Counted from the first letter of the whole stretch, positions 35,778 through 50,169 are shown. The stretch is DNA of 63,899 nucleotides, filler included, from Chiloscyllium plagiosum (GCF_004010195.1; 5 parts of one record of this genome joined end to end with filler, not necessarily neighbours in it); one strand, 5' to 3'. Notes: generated by a model from the sequence alone, not told the origin. Made by a program: numbers and translations.

Positions 35778-35937
35778 TTTAGATTTGATTAGATTACTCA
35801 CAATGTGGAAACTGGCCCTTCGGCCCAACAAGTCCACACCAACCCGCCAAAGCGCAACCCACCCAGACCCGTTCCCCTACATTTACCCCTTCACCTAACA
35901 CTATGGGCAATTTAGCATGGCCAATTCACCTAACCTT
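35778..35937 (-). mobile_element. HE1-type V-SINE 3' fragment
   Basis: Nearly identical to the 3' half of 56768-57066. Confidence 0.8.
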
Positions 35938-38900
35938 GTCTAGAAGGTTGTAGACCTTGAAATGATATAGCTCATCACAGCAACAGGGGGCAGGGATGTC
36001 ATAAAGATATTGCAGAGTGAAGAGGTGCACCAGTCATGCTGATAGGTGGTGGGACTAGTGCAGTATTCAAGGGTATCATCAGTTCAGGACTCATCTACAA
36101 TCAATTGAGCTTTCCTAACCCCACAGGGGTTGGCCTCTGGAAGCCATTTGGTTAGTCCGAGAACACTTTCACTGAAGATACAAATCATGAAATAATGAAT
36201 ACACATCTGTCCAGGTGTCTCACTGACCCCTTTCAAACTCTTTCCTTTCCTTCACCATGTCTTCCTTCTTTTCCAGTCTTACCAGTGGAAAAGTGAAAGC
36301 TCACACTTATGAAATCATGTTGTCAATATTTATAGGGTATCTTAAAGGTGAAAAGGTGCACACTTACAAATGGGGCGTACTTCAGTGAACCACATGATGC
36401 TCTAGCAGATTTAATGCACTCTGTTCTCAGTGAACTCCAAGCCATGAGCTACATCTGATGGCCTCAGATAAGGCAGCAGCATCCTTCTCTTTGGCATCTG
36501 CCTGCAGCTGATAGCCATTGTTCTTGTCACCAAGTCCAAATTCACAGATGGTCCCTCAGAGGGATCAAAAAGACCACTGATGAAGAATGGTGGCTCCCTT
36601 GACCTCCTCAGTGACTGCCTCAGCCCTTCAATGGTGCTCTGGATTGGAGAGGATCACTAGCTGAGGTATAATTGGCATTCACTTGATGCACCATTGTGCA
36701 CCCTGCACACTGTCCTGTTCTTACAGTCAAGAGGAGTGCTGCCATGTACAGTTTTTCTCTCTCTCATTGCAAAAGCAATGTTCCAAGTCCTATGGTGATG
36801 CAAATAAACTGAATGATTTCCTTCATTCTCAGCTCATGACTGCTCGCTGCCGCAGGGTATTCTGATAAATAGGATAAGATATGCTGCAGTCGAAGTGGAT
36901 CCCCTCTTTTATTTAGGAATCCTGAAGCTCAACATATGTGCCCAGGTGAGAATTTGGGGCTTTGCTCTTCATCCAGTATTGTCCTTTCTAACCACACATG
37001 AGGAACTACTAATGTCACTGTATCTCTATTAGTGAAGGTTGCACTCATAAGGTATGCTGGTGCTGGCTCTGCTGCCTCAGCCATAATCTATCTTCCTGGT
37101 GGTGTGGCAGGATGCAGATATGTCACTATGATCGAAACTTTAGGTGATACAAGGGAGATCATCATAAGAACTATGGCAGAAGCCACTTAAGTGCTGAGGT
37201 GTCCCAATTCAGTTGCCCTTGGCATGTTGCAAGTTGGGTGGGATGGGCAATGCACTCCAACCCCTTCATCTACACATTGCAATAACTTTTCATTCTCTCC
37301 TCTGAGTTACCTTTCTCCATTGCTCACTTGGATCTACACAATCATGGCTGTTTTCATGGTAATGATGTGGTGAGCTGCAGCACACCCTCTCCAGTGACAG
37401 CCCTCTGCTGGTACTATTTGCCTATTTTCCTCATGCAAAGACAAAGATTAAGAAAGAAAGAGAAAATAAGCCCTGTTCATCCTTTTGACCAATGCCCTTA
37501 CTCATAAACCTAGGAAGCTGCAGACACGGGTCTTTATCTGTGTTCAGACTCTAAGCCTAACTGAGGGGGAATGCAGTCTGTTCAAATAGTAAATACCCTG
37601 GACTGTGCTCAGGAACAGCATGTACTATCAGGCTGAGGAAAACTGAATAGTCAGAGGCTTGCCAGAGACTCAGGATGCACTCATCTTACCAGAATGAAGA
37701 TCACTGCACTTTTTCTTGTATTGCTTCAGGCTACATTTCTGTTGCTTATTGTTTTGCCCAGTGACTGTTTTGTGAGGCTGCGTGGGATTCCCCTTCTTCT
37801 CTCTGGAAAGAGGCCTCCCTCTTCTCTCACGACCTCCAGGAGGATGTATGAGTCAGCATTTGAAAACCAAGAAGCATACCTCTACCTCAAGATCTGATCC
37901 TCTCTCTCAGGTTCTTGAACATTTTATTTCCCCAGACATTTGCCACAATTGGTTTAAGCCAGGCTTGCACTTCAGTAATCCTGTCTGCATCCTGCACTCA
38001 TTGACATGTTCACTCAATCTGCTCTTCAGTCAATTAGTCCGCCACTGGAAAACGTGTGGGCTGTGGCAACTTGCTCCTGAATCAGTTCTAAACCCAGAGG
38101 CACCATACTGCCCATCATCATTATTTTATCTCATTGGGGAGCCTAAAACACTCCTCTACAGGGGACAATTTCATAATAAAAGGGATTCCTACTTAAGGTG
38201 GAGATTAGGATGAATTTCACATGTCAAAGGGTCATTAAGTGTATCGAATTCTCTCCTCCAGAGCACAGTGGAGGCTGCGTCTTTGAGTACATTCATGGTT
38301 GAGTTGGACAGATTTTGGGAGGGAGGCAGGGAGTTAAGGAATGATCAGCTATGACCTTCTTGAACGGTGGAGCAGACCCACTGGGCGAAAAAGCCTGCTT
38401 CTGCTCCTATTTCTTGTCATTCTCTGTTATTACACCCCCCACCCCCTCCAAGTTCAGACATCCATGCTTAATTTGATTCTCCCAACATTGAATCCATTTC
38501 CTTTCTCCTTTTGACTCTCCTTGATTTTGAGGAGAAAGTCAAAGAGGAGCAGAAGCTTCTTGCTGATTAAAAATAAGGTAACTGAAGCTTAGTAATGAAG
38601 GAAGCAGTGTGATACAACCTGGTTAATTTCCAAAATGCTATCACATGTCAAAAGTAGGAAGTGAACTCAGCCAGAGGGCTCAAAAAGTAAATGGAAAGAA
38701 TGCTGATTTGTAACAACAGCAATAAACATATTTAAACACGCAAGATCTGAAACTTTGTGCAAAAACAATCCACTTTATCTTCCCTAATCCTTTTGCTATT
38801 TATAAGGAAACGAACGACTATCAGATATAGATGTGACTTTGGCTTGGCTTACTTCGAAACTCACCATGCTATGAAGAGATGAAAACTAAACGCAGCAGTT

Positions 38901-39642
38901 AAAAACAAAAACTACTGAGGTGTGAGCAAAGCTTCGATTTACCAGCCAAAATCAAGCAGCTAAGTCATTTAGTCCTACAATGAATATCTAGTTAACTGTC
39001 AGCGAGAGGGAAAGAGGAGGCAATAATTAGTAGCCACAGTAAGATCCTTACAGTAACCATTGGAAACACAGACACAGCTTATTTTACCCTGTGGCTCAGT
39101 CCAATCTCATAAGTAATTTAAAGTTCTGCAGCTAAAAAGGTTTACTACCTCTTTAGCTATCAATAATTCAGATGATAGATTTTCGTGTTAAATAATCAAG
39201 CTTCTTGTCATGCTGCATAAATATCTCATTTTACAACCAGAGCGGCCTGTGGGGGGTTTTAAATTCTTAAACACACAGTGATCCAATTTGTTTTTACTGA
39301 GGCACTCATCTTTAAATCACTGCTACAGGAGAAAGGGGGAGAAAACACCAATATTTTGCCAGTTTGCTTGATTAAAAAAAATTTAGGAAGATTTGGCAAA
39401 GGAGCCCTCAGGTATCATTAAGGCCACCTTATTTAAAAGAAAGAGAGGCATTTTGCATTTTTAATTGGTTTGGACACCCAGCAATTCACAGCCAAGGATG
39501 TGATGTATTACTGTACTCACCTCCAGGAATGGCACAGTAGGTTTGAAGGCCTACTCTACTTACTCATTTGTTCAAAATTTCTCTTGATCCTGTGCTTTTG
39601 ACAAAGAAAGTACTCATGTGGAATGGGAACATTGGCAAGGCC

Positions 39643-39919
39643 CTAGATTAGATTCCCTACACTGTGGAACACAGGTCCTTCAGTGCAACAAGTCCACACT
39701 GACCCTCCAAAGAGTAACCCACCCAGGCCCATTTCCCTCTGATTAATGCATGTAACACAATGGCAACACAATTCACCTGACCTGCACACCTTTGGACTGT
39801 GGGAAGAAACCCACGCAAACACAGGGAGAATGTGCAAATTCCACACAGACAGTTGCCTGAGGAAGGAATCGAACCAGGTCCCTGTGCTGTGAGGCAGCAG
39901 TGCTAACTACTGAGCCACC
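39643..39919 (-). mobile_element. HE1-type V-SINE
   Basis: Box A/B, V-core and ctaatcta tail on the minus strand. Confidence 0.85.
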
Positions 39920-40331
39920 TATTCAACTGAATGGTCAGTTTCTATACTGTAAGTACTATGCAATTGACTTTAAAGGGTTGCTGAGTTCAGCAAAGTCTCA
40001 GAATAAAACTGACAAAGATAGTTTATACTGATGCTCGATTGGGTTAATGACAGTATCTGCACAACTGTTCATTTAACTCCTTCATCAGATCTCGGTAACT
40101 CTTTTAAATTGGAGCCTTGGCAAGGTCGACACTCATTCTCAACAAAATTTAAATTTAAATAGATATAAACAGATGGAATAGATTAACCAGTGAATCTTCC
40201 ATGGCATTGCTTTGATTGCCTAGTTGTTAAAAGAATATTTATGTCCCGGTAGTAGTAGTCAATTTATGTCAACAGCAAAGCGTGTAGAGTAACTTCTTCA
40301 TTAGATAAAAATCATATTTCACTTCACTTAC

Positions 40332-40443
40332 CCCAATGGTGCCTGTCTTCAGTTTATACTTTTTTCCACCCTTCATTGCCCCAAACATGGGCACAGCAAT
40401 TTTCTTAGGTTTGGGTTCTGCGTCTCCAGCCTGACTTGCAATC
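40332..40443 (-). CDS. SLC4A1AP: Kanadaptin (SLC4A1AP) internal coding exon, 112 nt, phase 2 to 0
   Basis: Not in the ORF track. Acceptor tttcattccaag, then G + IASQAGDAEPKPKKIAVPMFGAMKGGKKYKLKTGTIG, donor GGG|gtaagt. Matches the kanadaptin LPLFGAMKGGSKFKLKTGTVG motif, and the phase joins the 43195 exon (GA+G = Glu). Confidence 0.93.
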
Positions 40444-41379
40444 CTTGGAATGAAACGTTTTCTTTTAAACTTAAATCATCTTCAATACCTTTCCCAAGTT
40501 GTATTATCCAATTAAACTTTTAAGTAGCAGGAATTTCAGCTCATGCAAGTTGTATATCTATATTCATTCTCATTCTGAAACTTATCTTTTTATATAAGAG
40601 TTTTCCAATACCCAATACTGCCCCCTGCAGAATAAGAAGCTTAAACAGAGACTTTGTAACTCTCACTAATGCCATTTTTGGTATTAAATAAAAACCAAAC
40701 ATTCTAAAGAGCTCCATGAAGTGGGACTTTAGGTAATGAAATCAGGAACTCTCCAAACCAGCAGTGGTCTGTTGGAGATTGTCAGACTGGAGAGCCACAA
40801 CTCGACTTTGCATCCTTGGGCTGGGGTTGAGGCATCAGTTTATTATTAACAATTAGCTTTGCTACAAGTACATAATTGTTGGGTGAGGATTGAATCAGAT
40901 CAGATCAGAATTAATGAAATAGCCTGTCAACAACCCATCTGGAAAAAATACTCCCTTAACGTATGGAACTGCACCTCCTCACAAGTCATCACCATCTTCA
41001 GGATTAGCATGGATGACGTCCCTGATGACTGAAAACTTAAATACTGAGCAGCTGAATCATAAAGCGTCAGCTGTAGTTCGGTTGATAGCAATCCTGTATC
41101 ACAGTCAGAAAGACAGAGTTCAAGTCTCACTCCAGAGACAACAGCACAAAACCTTGCATAGCATTAAAATTGTGCTACGAGAGGAAACTGTATGAAGGAC
41201 AGAGAATTCACAGATTGTGCATGCTCATGTGGGAATGATTATTTACAGGATTATTAAAAGAAGTTCTCTTTCAAATGATTAATCAAGTTGAATTTGATAT
41301 CCAAAGCCAAGTTATGAGAAGCTAAAATTCCAACAGCTACCATTAAAAATTAGAAAATCTACTGACATCTTATGGTTCA

Positions 41380-42080
41380 GTTATATCATCTTCAAATACT
41401 GCAATGAGTGACTGTTGAATTGCTTTAGGTGTCAATATGAGATGGTAACAGGTAGGGAATTTCAAGATTTTTATTCAGCATGGTAGAGACAAATGGTGCA
41501 TGTCTTAGTCAAAATAGTGTTTTCTTTGAGTTGAGCATGCAGGTAAAAGCACCACTTCAGTCTTGCTGATCTTTGTCCACTTGATGGTAGAAGTCAAAAG
41601 GTTACTCCCTCCAAGATCCTAGCCTCTGATCTGGTTTTGCAGCCACAGTATTTAAATGACTAGTCCAGTTTGGTTTCTGGTCAATGGAAACCCTCAGTAT
41701 GTTGATGTTGGGGGACTCAGCAATGTTAATATCACTGTATGTCAAGGGGCAATGGTTAAATGGTCTCTTGTTGGAAATGATAAGTGCCTCGCACCCGTGT
41801 GACACAAATATTACTCATCAGCCCAAGTCTGGATGTTGTCCAGGTCTTCCTGCATTTGGATATAGACTGTTTCAGTATCTGAGGTGCCCCAAATGGTGCT
41901 GAACATTGTGTAAACATTGCCTGATCTTATCAGACATTGATGGAGCAGCTGAAGATGGTTAAATTGACTCCAGCTAGGGTTCTTTGATGCTAAACTCAGT
42001 CAAATGCTGCCTTGATGTCAAGACCAGTCACTTTCTTCTCACCTCCTGAGTTCAGTTCTTTTGTCTATATTTGTCCCAAG
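41380..42080 (-). mobile_element. Second LINE family, decayed fragments
   Basis: ESPNINILRVSIDQKPNWTSHLNTVAAK. Similar to 56590-57500. Confidence 0.6.
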
Positions 42081-42539
42081 ATGCACAATTAGCTAAGGTT
42101 GCTAGATTAGGGTTTAAAGTATGGAAAGATTAGCCCTGTTTCTTGCTATTCCAAAGTAATCTTGTTGAGATTCTATTTTCTAAATGTCAATTCTAGTATT
42201 ATATGAATCTAAGTAAATTGCAGACAGTATTTTCAAAGTCCCATTGCCAGCATCTGGGCTTTGAGCAGCACATCGGGAACACACCGTATTCCCTCAAAAG
42301 TTCTGCCCATGAATGTCAATGGCAGGAGGTTCACCAATGATTTTCCAAAACTTTAAGGCCTGGATGCATTAAGGTCTCAAGAAAATTCCTCTCCATTCTT
42401 GAAAATTTGAAGCAATTTGAAGCTTTGTGATGCAAAATTACTCATTATTCAGAGAAGTGGGATATTTGATAGGCCTTTTGTTTCTTTCTCACTCCCACCT
42501 GAGGTTACCTAAATAAATAGTGAGATGAAATTAGATGTT

Positions 42540-42632
42540 GATAAAATGTGAAGCTGGAAAAGCAGAGCAGGTCAGGCAGCATTGGAGGAGCAGGAAAGTT
42601 AACATTTAAGATCGGCACCCTTCATCAGAACT
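42540..42632 (-). mobile_element. Solo PLE terminal repeat (family A), decayed
   Basis: gctggaaaagcagagcaggtcaggcagcat...cccttcatcagaa. Confidence 0.7.
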
Positions 42633-43194
42633 CATTAGGACTCAATTAGATGTTCCTTGTTTCACCATTCGGTAATACTATCACGTATAGTAGCTTATAT
42701 TCCTTTGAGGACAGAAAATTAAAGGGCGATTTAATGAAGATGATTAACGAGTTGATAGAGGGAAGCTATTTCCTCCAGTGGGGAAGTTCAGAACAATGGA
42801 GTGTGACAATATCATCGTCATTAGGAGAAAATCAGGAAGCATTTTTCATACATAGGAAATTTCAAACCTTGTCTCCAAATAAAGTCTTGAGAGACTGGGT
42901 AAGGCCGGGTGAGTACCAATGCCAGAAATGATGGATTTTTCTTATCAAGGGGTATCATGGGGTATGGATCAAGATGGGTAAATGAAGTTAAGCTACAGAT
43001 GAGTCACAATCTAAATGAATGGTGAAACAGTTATGAGAGGTTAAATGGCCTAGACATGTTCCTCCTATTGGCAATGAGGGATTAGCAGCGTTGTTCAAGT
43101 GCAGAGGGTAAACATTATCCATCTACTGATGTAACCATATGTAGATTGAATGACAACACTGCAATAAAAGTTTAGGACTGCATACTTGACTTAC

Positions 43195-43384
43195 TCCATT
43201 TTCAGCTCCGGTAGACCTGCTGGTGTCACTATCTTTATTAGTTTCTGTAGCCTTTGCTGCTCCCTTTTCAGTTCAAAGGATTTAATGTGCAATTTCTTTC
43301 GAGTGACGCTATCTACTGTTGCTCCTGTTCGGATCTTGGTCATGAAGGCATCCAAAGGATCTTCCCCAGGGGCTTGCACACAGT
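43195..43384 (-). CDS. SLC4A1AP: Kanadaptin (SLC4A1AP) internal coding exon, 190 nt, phase 1 to 2
   Basis: Translates CVQAPGEDPLDAFMTKIRTGATVDSVTRKKLHIKSFELKREQQRLQKLIKIVTPAGLPELKM. This matches the vertebrate kanadaptin segment as I recall it (DSLDAFMSEMKSGSTLDGVSRKKLHLRTFELRKEQQRLKGLIKIVKPAEIPELK). Acceptor ttttcatcacag, donor GA|gtaagt. Confidence 0.93.
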
Positions 43385-45076
43385 CTGTGATGAAAATGAC
43401 AGCACAGTTTAAAGATAAGCATTTGAATCCTTATTAAATTGATAACAATCTGAATGATTAAACTCAAGATCTAGTATTGATAAACTAGTTTGTCTTTATA
43501 TTCCCCATACTTTGTGCACTTATTTGGATACTGCACCCATTTCACAGGACAGATAAGAATTCAAAAGTTAGTTTGATCCATCACAATTCAATCAAAATGA
43601 CTCAAAAATCTACCTGTCTCCTTCCCCAGGGAAGTTTTCTCTCCAGAGTTTCACATCACAGAATGATTGCTCTTTGCAAAGCAGTTCCAGATACACAAGA
43701 TGCAGACAATCTCACTATCTCTACTATCTCACTGTCTTCCTGAAACACTTCTCTTGGTTGCAAAATGCTAGATACTTTGTTGAATTTAGAACATAGAACA
43801 GAGAACAATACAGCACAGAACAAAATCGCAATTGACACACAAAGTCCAAACATTGCACCTTGTTGCTTTATAGCTGTATATCCCTTTTCTAAAGCTTTTC
43901 ACCTTATATGGTAACTTCATACCCCATTTTATTTTAAGGCCATAAAATGTGGTAGAATAGACAATAGGTGCAGGAGTGGGCCATTCGGCCCTTCGAGCCA
44001 ACACCACCATTCATGAGGATCGTGATTCTTGATTGGTAAGGGGATCAAGGTTATGGGGAGCAGGCAGAATACGGTTGAGAAATAAATTAGCCATGATCGA
44101 ACATCAGTGGAGACTTGATGGGTTGAATGGCCTAATTCTGTTTCTATTTCTTATGGCTTTATTCATTTGCCTTCGCTTCCTTACCCATACACATTTTGCT
44201 TTTTAAATATTCATGTAATTCCCTTAAAAAAAGCTACTACAAATTATGCACATTCTACTGTTTTTAGTACAATCCTCACAGCATATCAACACTGTTCATT
44301 TGGTGATGATCTATTGCAAACCAACCATGAAAACTTTTCCTTACCCTCATCATCAACATATCTGAATTATGGTAAAATTGTGGGGATTCCTTTTTAACTT
44401 TTCTTTTGTTCATAAAAGCGACATCCATTTTTTTCAAGTTTCTGCCTCATACCTTATCCTGCGTATTGATTAGAATAGCGCTCCATGACTGAGGCACCTT
44501 TTTGCAGTAGGGGACCCAACTATGTTGAATCAAAACAGGCAAGACTAACTGGGTCATATATCCTATACCTGATGATACCTAGCCTGCAATCTATTCAATA
44601 ATTTGCACAAGTTTAGCATCCCATCATTGCTTTTGTACTCTGTACCACTATTTATAAAACAGAAGAGCTTTTATGAAGGTTTTCCTTCATCAAAAGGACC
44701 TCTTTTAAAGAACTATGGATCCGACTTCTGTATTGCTTAGTGTATGATCACCATTATTCTGTCGCCTAAAATGATTGACTTCACCTTGCTCCACATTAAC
44801 TTTATTACCTGGTGTCCATTGAAATAAGAACCATTGACTTCAGAATAAGAAAGAAGTCTCATATCTGTTGCGTAGGAATTATTCTGAAAATTGAATTTTA
44901 CAAAGTGCTTTTAGTAACAAGGAACGGATACTTGACCTGACCAATCTTTTTTCCTTTGACTGATCACAACACCACCTATTAACACTATATCCCTCAATCC
45001 TTTCCTCCTCCTGTACAATTATCCCATTACTTGCCGAAACCATTTACATAATCTACTTCATTTCTTTCGCTGATGA

Positions 45077-45386
45077 TTTAGATTAGATGATTCCCTACAG
45101 TGTGGAGACAGGCCCTTCAGTCCAACAAGTCCACACTGACCCTCCGAAGAGCAACCCACCCAGACCCATTTCCCTCTGACTAATGCATCTAACACTATGG
45201 GCAATTTATAATGACCAATTCATCTAACCTGCACATCTTTGGATTGTGGGAGGAAACCGGAGCAGCTGGAGGAAACCCACGCAGACACGGGGAGAAACTC
45301 CACAGACAGTCGCCCAAGGCTGGAATGGAACCCGGGTCCCTGGTGCTGTGAGGCAACAATGCTAACCACTGAGTCACCATGCCGCC
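45077..45386 (-). mobile_element. HE1-type V-SINE
   Basis: Full head, V-core and tail on the minus strand. Confidence 0.88.
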
Positions 45387-46399
45387 AGTTCCTACTTTTT
45401 TTTTCCCCTTTCCTGATTCATTGTTACTTACATTTATTAAACTTTGGGTGAAAAAGCTTTATCCCTTTTAGTTTGAAATTCCTCCTTTCCAAATTTGCAT
45501 CGTCAAACGTTTGAGACTTTCACCCCTGAGTAACTTGTCCAGATTACTGACCACATGGGTCCTGTACAGACTTCAAGGAAATCATTAAAGACTCCACAAT
45601 GAAGCTTTTCTAATGCTGAGTAATTGAAAACTTCAAGGCAATCTCTCATAGCATGGCAGCTGTGGAAAACATGCAACAGGGCAAAAATTGTGGATATTCA
45701 AAGGGATAAATTTCTGTGCATTAAAAGGATTTGTGGAGTGGAACATTTTTTAGAACCATTATTCCTTTAGGATACACTACTCATCATACAATTCATCGAC
45801 TGATTGTGGAAAGATGTGGGTGGAGGAAAAGGGAAGAACTGACAGGAGCGGGAGGAAGAGTGCGAGTGTGTGGGGCACAGTTGGTATTGAGATTTATTAT
45901 CATGCTGTTCCTGTCTGCAACAGGAGCTTAGGTAACAAATCGCCTGGAGGTCAATCAATAAGATGATGCATGGCAACCTCCACAAAGCACAACCAAGGGC
46001 AGATTTAAACTTAGAATTGTTTTGCTCTGAGAGATTCATTCAAAACTAAACAGCAGAACTTAATCTGCGTTTCATTGAGATGCACAATGCAGAATTTTAT
46101 ACTAGTCGTCTTTTGTCAGATTAAGTTTTGTGATCCACTGCAGAATCTTAATTGAGACATGTAAAAACACAAATAAATACAAAGTTAGCTACATTCAAAT
46201 GTGCCCCTTTTCACATCAATTAATATGTTCTGCTATATGTTTTTAAAATGTTTCAATGACAAAAATTGTATTTTCCCTACAAATAAAATGTTACTGTCGG
46301 TGTTGAAACCAATGCATAGGAGTATTTTGAATTAAAACTATGTGCAGAAATACATTTTGACTCATTCTAATTGCCTGTAGACAGGGCTATTATGAAACA

Positions 46400-47085
46400 G
46401 AGTCATTAAGCTGTACAGTATGGAAACAGACCTTTTGGTCCAACTCATCCAAGCTAACCAGATATCCTAAATTAATCTAGTCCCATTTGCCAGCATTTAC
46501 CTATATCCCTCGAAACCCTATCTATTCATATACCCATCCAGATGCCTTTTAAATGTTCCAATGAACCAGCCTCCAACACTTCCTCTGGCAGCTCATTCCA
46601 TCCATGTACAACCCTCTGAAAAAACTGCCCCTTAGGTCGCTTTTAGATTTTTAAGCTTAAACCTATACCCTCTAGTTCTGGACTGCCCCACCCCAGAAAG
46701 ACATTGTCTATTTATGTTATCCATGCCCCTCATGATTTTATAAACCTCTGCAAGGTCACCCCTCAGCCTCTGATGCTCCAGGGAAAATAGCCCCAGCCTA
46801 TTAAGCCTCTCCTGATAGATTAAACCTTTCAACCTTGGCAACATGATTATAAACTTTTTCTGAGCCCTTTCAAGTATCATAACATCCTTCCTGTAGCGGG
46901 GAGATGAGAATTGAGTGCAGTATTTCAAAAGTGACCTAACCAATGTTCTGCACATTGACCTCTCAACTTCTATACTCAATGCACTGACCAATAAAGGCAA
47001 GCACACCAAATGTCTTCTGCTGCGCAAATCCACTTTCAAAGAACTATGAACCTGCACTCCAAGGTCTCTTTGTTCAGCAACACTG
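46400..47085 (-). mobile_element. HER1/CR1 LINE 3' fragment
   Basis: EQRDLGVQVHSSLK...ERLNRLGLFSLEHQRLRGDL. Confidence 0.85.
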
Positions 47086-47359
47086 ACATGTTTCCTGTTA
47101 GGCAACTGACATCTGGCAGTACCCATCCTGTCCCTCCCTCATCCCTATATTATTCTATGTGAACTTCTGACTACCCTACTCCAGTAGCTAGCATTCAGAT
47201 GTGAACCATTGCAATGAGAGTCAGCAGACCCTTTATTTATGGGTTTCATCATAGCAAGGCTTCATGCTACTTTTTCTCCTAACCCTTTCCAGAATAAAAT
47301 ATTGCTGGAAGGGCACCTAATGACATGCTGAATGAGATTCTTTCCCAACAACACTAATA

Positions 47360-47738
47360 ACTGGGGTTCTTTCTGGGGAAGGTGGGACCTCTATAAACAG
47401 GATGGTCTACACCTGAACCTGAGGGGCACCAGTATCCTTGGCGGGAGGTTTGCTAGTGCTCTTGGGGGGGGGGTTTAAACTAACTCTGCAGGGGCATGGG
47501 AACCCAGACTGTAGCTTTAGGGTGCAGGACCTGGAATGTAGGGAGGTTAGGAACATGGCATCAATCTCAAAGGAGGGTGCCTGTAAACAGGAAAGTGGCT
47601 TGAAGTGTGTATACTTCAATGCAAGAAGTATACGAAATAAGCTCGGTGAACTTGCAGCGTGGGTTGGTACCTGGGACTTCGATGTTGTGGCTATTACGGA
47701 GACATGGCTAGAACAGGGACAGGATTGGCTGTGGCAGG
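47360..47738 (+). mobile_element. CR1 LINE ORF1 end / ORF2 endonuclease start, truncated by a gap
   Basis: DGLHLN (esterase C-terminus) followed by LKCVYFNARSIRNKLGELAAWVGTWDFDVVAITETWL. Confidence 0.85.
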
Positions 47739-47838
47739 NNNNNNNNNNNNNNNNNNNNNNNNNNNNNNNNNNNNNNNNNNNNTTAATTAATTAANNNNNN
47801 NNNNNNNNNNNNNNNNNNNNNNNNNNNNNNNNNNNNNN
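47739..47838. other. Artificial assembly spacer
   Basis: 44 N + TTAATTAATTAA + 44 N. Confidence 0.95.
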
Positions 47839-48128
47839 TGTGTGTGTGTGCGTGTGTGTGTGTCTGTGTGTGCATGTATCTGTGTGTGTGCGTGTGTGTG
47901 TGCATGTGTCTGTGTGTGTGTTTGCGTGTCTGTGTGTGTCTGCGTGTGCGTGTGTTTGCGTGTGTCTATGTGTGTGTTTGTGTGTGTCTGTGTGTGCACG
48001 TTTGTCTGTGTGTGTGTATCAGTGTGTGTGTGTGTGTCTGTGTGTGTATCTCTGTGTGTGTGTGTTTGCTTGTGTCTGTGTGTGCACATGTGTGTGTGTG
48101 TGTGTCTGTGTGTGTGTGCGTGTGTCTA
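47839..48128. repeat. Imperfect (TG)n microsatellite
   Basis: About 290 bp of TG dinucleotide with interruptions, adjacent to the gap. Confidence 0.95.
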
Positions 48129-48804
48129 TGAGATGATATTAAACATTTTCTACAAGTCTGTAGACCACAGCAATACACATGCTGCTGACTACCATGTCAG
48201 CGACCACATATTTAGTGAAGTTAATCAGACATGATCCACCCTTCACAAATCAATGCTGACTCGACGTAATTATCTCAACCCTGCGCAGGTTCTCAATCAC
48301 TCTGCCCCAGAACAGAAATTAAACTGACCAAGTCTATATTTTTCCTAATTTCTTACTTCCTCTGCACGCAAAGAGTAAATATTTGCAGTTTCTAATTATC
48401 TCATGCTCTGCACTTTCTTTACTTCCTGCAGCTTGGACCTGATAGAACCCTGGGGACTGCGTCTAATTATACATGCAATCCTGAGAAGTTGTGTTGCCAC
48501 TCTTCTTGGATTATCTGGATGTCTGAGGGAGTTGCTGTCCCTGCTGACACTGCTGTAAGGAAACTGTGAGAAATTGAAGATCCTGCCCGATGACTGTCGT
48601 GACCGCACCCCCCTTCACCAATAGTCACCCTGACCTGGTGAAGGTAACATGCTCTGGCGACCCCTTCTGCTAAACCCAACTGTAATGATGAGGTAGGGTG
48701 AGGTGATGGACAAAGTACCGGCCAAAATGCCTGTGACGGCAGAACAGGTAAAGGAAGACCATGTGTCAAATTATCAGCAATGATTCAAGATAAAGAGCAT
48801 TCAC

Positions 48805-49676
48805 CCTGTCATTCAGGTTGGACAGGACGTTAATGAGGCCCCTTCGGGAGTACTGTGTCCAGTTCCAGTCTCCCTGCTGCAGGAAGGATATTATTAAGCT
48901 GGAGAGGGTCCAGAAGAGATTTACCAGGATGCTGCTGGGAATGAAGGGTTTGAGTTGTAAGGATAGACTGGGACATTTCTCACTGAAAAGTAAGAGGTTG
49001 AGGAGTGACCTTACATCTAGAATCATCGACTCCCTCCAGTGTGGAAAGAGGCCCTTCGACCCAACAAATCCACACCAACTCTCCGAAGAGTATCCCACCC
49101 AAACCCATTCCCCTATTACTCTATGTTTGCCACTGACTAATGCACCTCATCCACACACACCTGAACACTATGGGCAGTTTAGCATGGCCAATCCATCTAA
49201 CCTGCGCATCTTTGGATTGGGGGAGGAAACTGGAGCAGCGGGAGGAAACCCATGCAGTCACAGGGAGAACGTGCAAACTCCACACAGCCTGAGGCTGGAA
49301 TCGAACCCAGGTCCCTGGCACTGTGAGGCAGCAGTGCTAACCACTGAGCCACCGTGCTGGATGTAGATAAGGTGAATGGCAGGTGTCTTTTCTTGAGGGT
49401 GGGGGATTTCAAGACTAGGGGGCATATTTTTAAGGTGAGCAGAGAACGATTTGAAAAAGACATGGGGGCAAATTTTTTACACGGAGTGGTTCGTGTGCAG
49501 CATGAACTTCAGGAGGGAGCAGTGGATGCAAATACAGTTACAACACTTAGAAGAATAGGAAAGGCTTGGAGGGACATGAGCCAAGTGCAGGTGGGTGGGA
49601 CTAGTTTAGTTTGGGAACATGATCGGCATGGACTGGTTGGGTCGGTTTCCGTGCTATATGACTCCATGATTCTATG
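48805..49676 (+). mobile_element. CR1 LINE 3' fragment interrupted by a V-SINE
   Basis: RTLMRPLREYCVQF..PCCRKDIIKLERVQKRFTRML, resuming at ~49358 with DKVNGRCLFLRVGDFKTRGHIFK. Confidence 0.8.
49015..49357 (-). mobile_element. HE1-type V-SINE nested in CR1
   Basis: Box A/B and V-core on the minus strand. Confidence 0.88.
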
Positions 49677-50169
49677 AGGACAACTGCAGCTGAGCAATAA
49701 GTGACAGCTCGACTATGAATGGGTCAAAATGAGCTAGCAGAGATAATGGCATGAATGGCCTCCTTCTGTGCTGCTTGATTCAACGTTGCCTACAAAGTTT
49801 GTGTTTTGATAGAAACTCACTGCCAAGAAAATTATTTCATGATTTTCAAAAGCAGGATTTGGAGGGCGCGGGCAAGCGAAGTCATTCTTTTTGCTTCAGA
49901 ATCTAAGAACTGCCTTGAGCTATATTGTTTTTTTTTGCCTTGGTCATCTCACTGCTCTGCAGATTGGGTACGTCAGTATTGAGAGTTTGTATCCAACTGA
50001 AAGTGGAATGGGGAAGGTGAGACTTGTTTTTCTAACGCGCCAAACAGCTTCCACAGAAGGTGCAGCATTGCTCAAGACAATCAGGAAACAGCAGAGAATC
50101 AGATTGTAGCTGAACTGTGTGCATGTGTGTCTGGCTTTTTAACTGCTCGGTGGGAGTTGAGTGCCGCAC

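Noticed and set aside
47787..48234. Cys/Val- and His/Thr-rich ORFs
   Set aside because: Translations of a (TG)n microsatellite.
48432..50016. Plus-strand exon-like segments (48432-48554 and 49963-50016) with AG/GT boundaries
   Set aside because: No recognisable protein similarity and no coherent gene model; compatible with chance.
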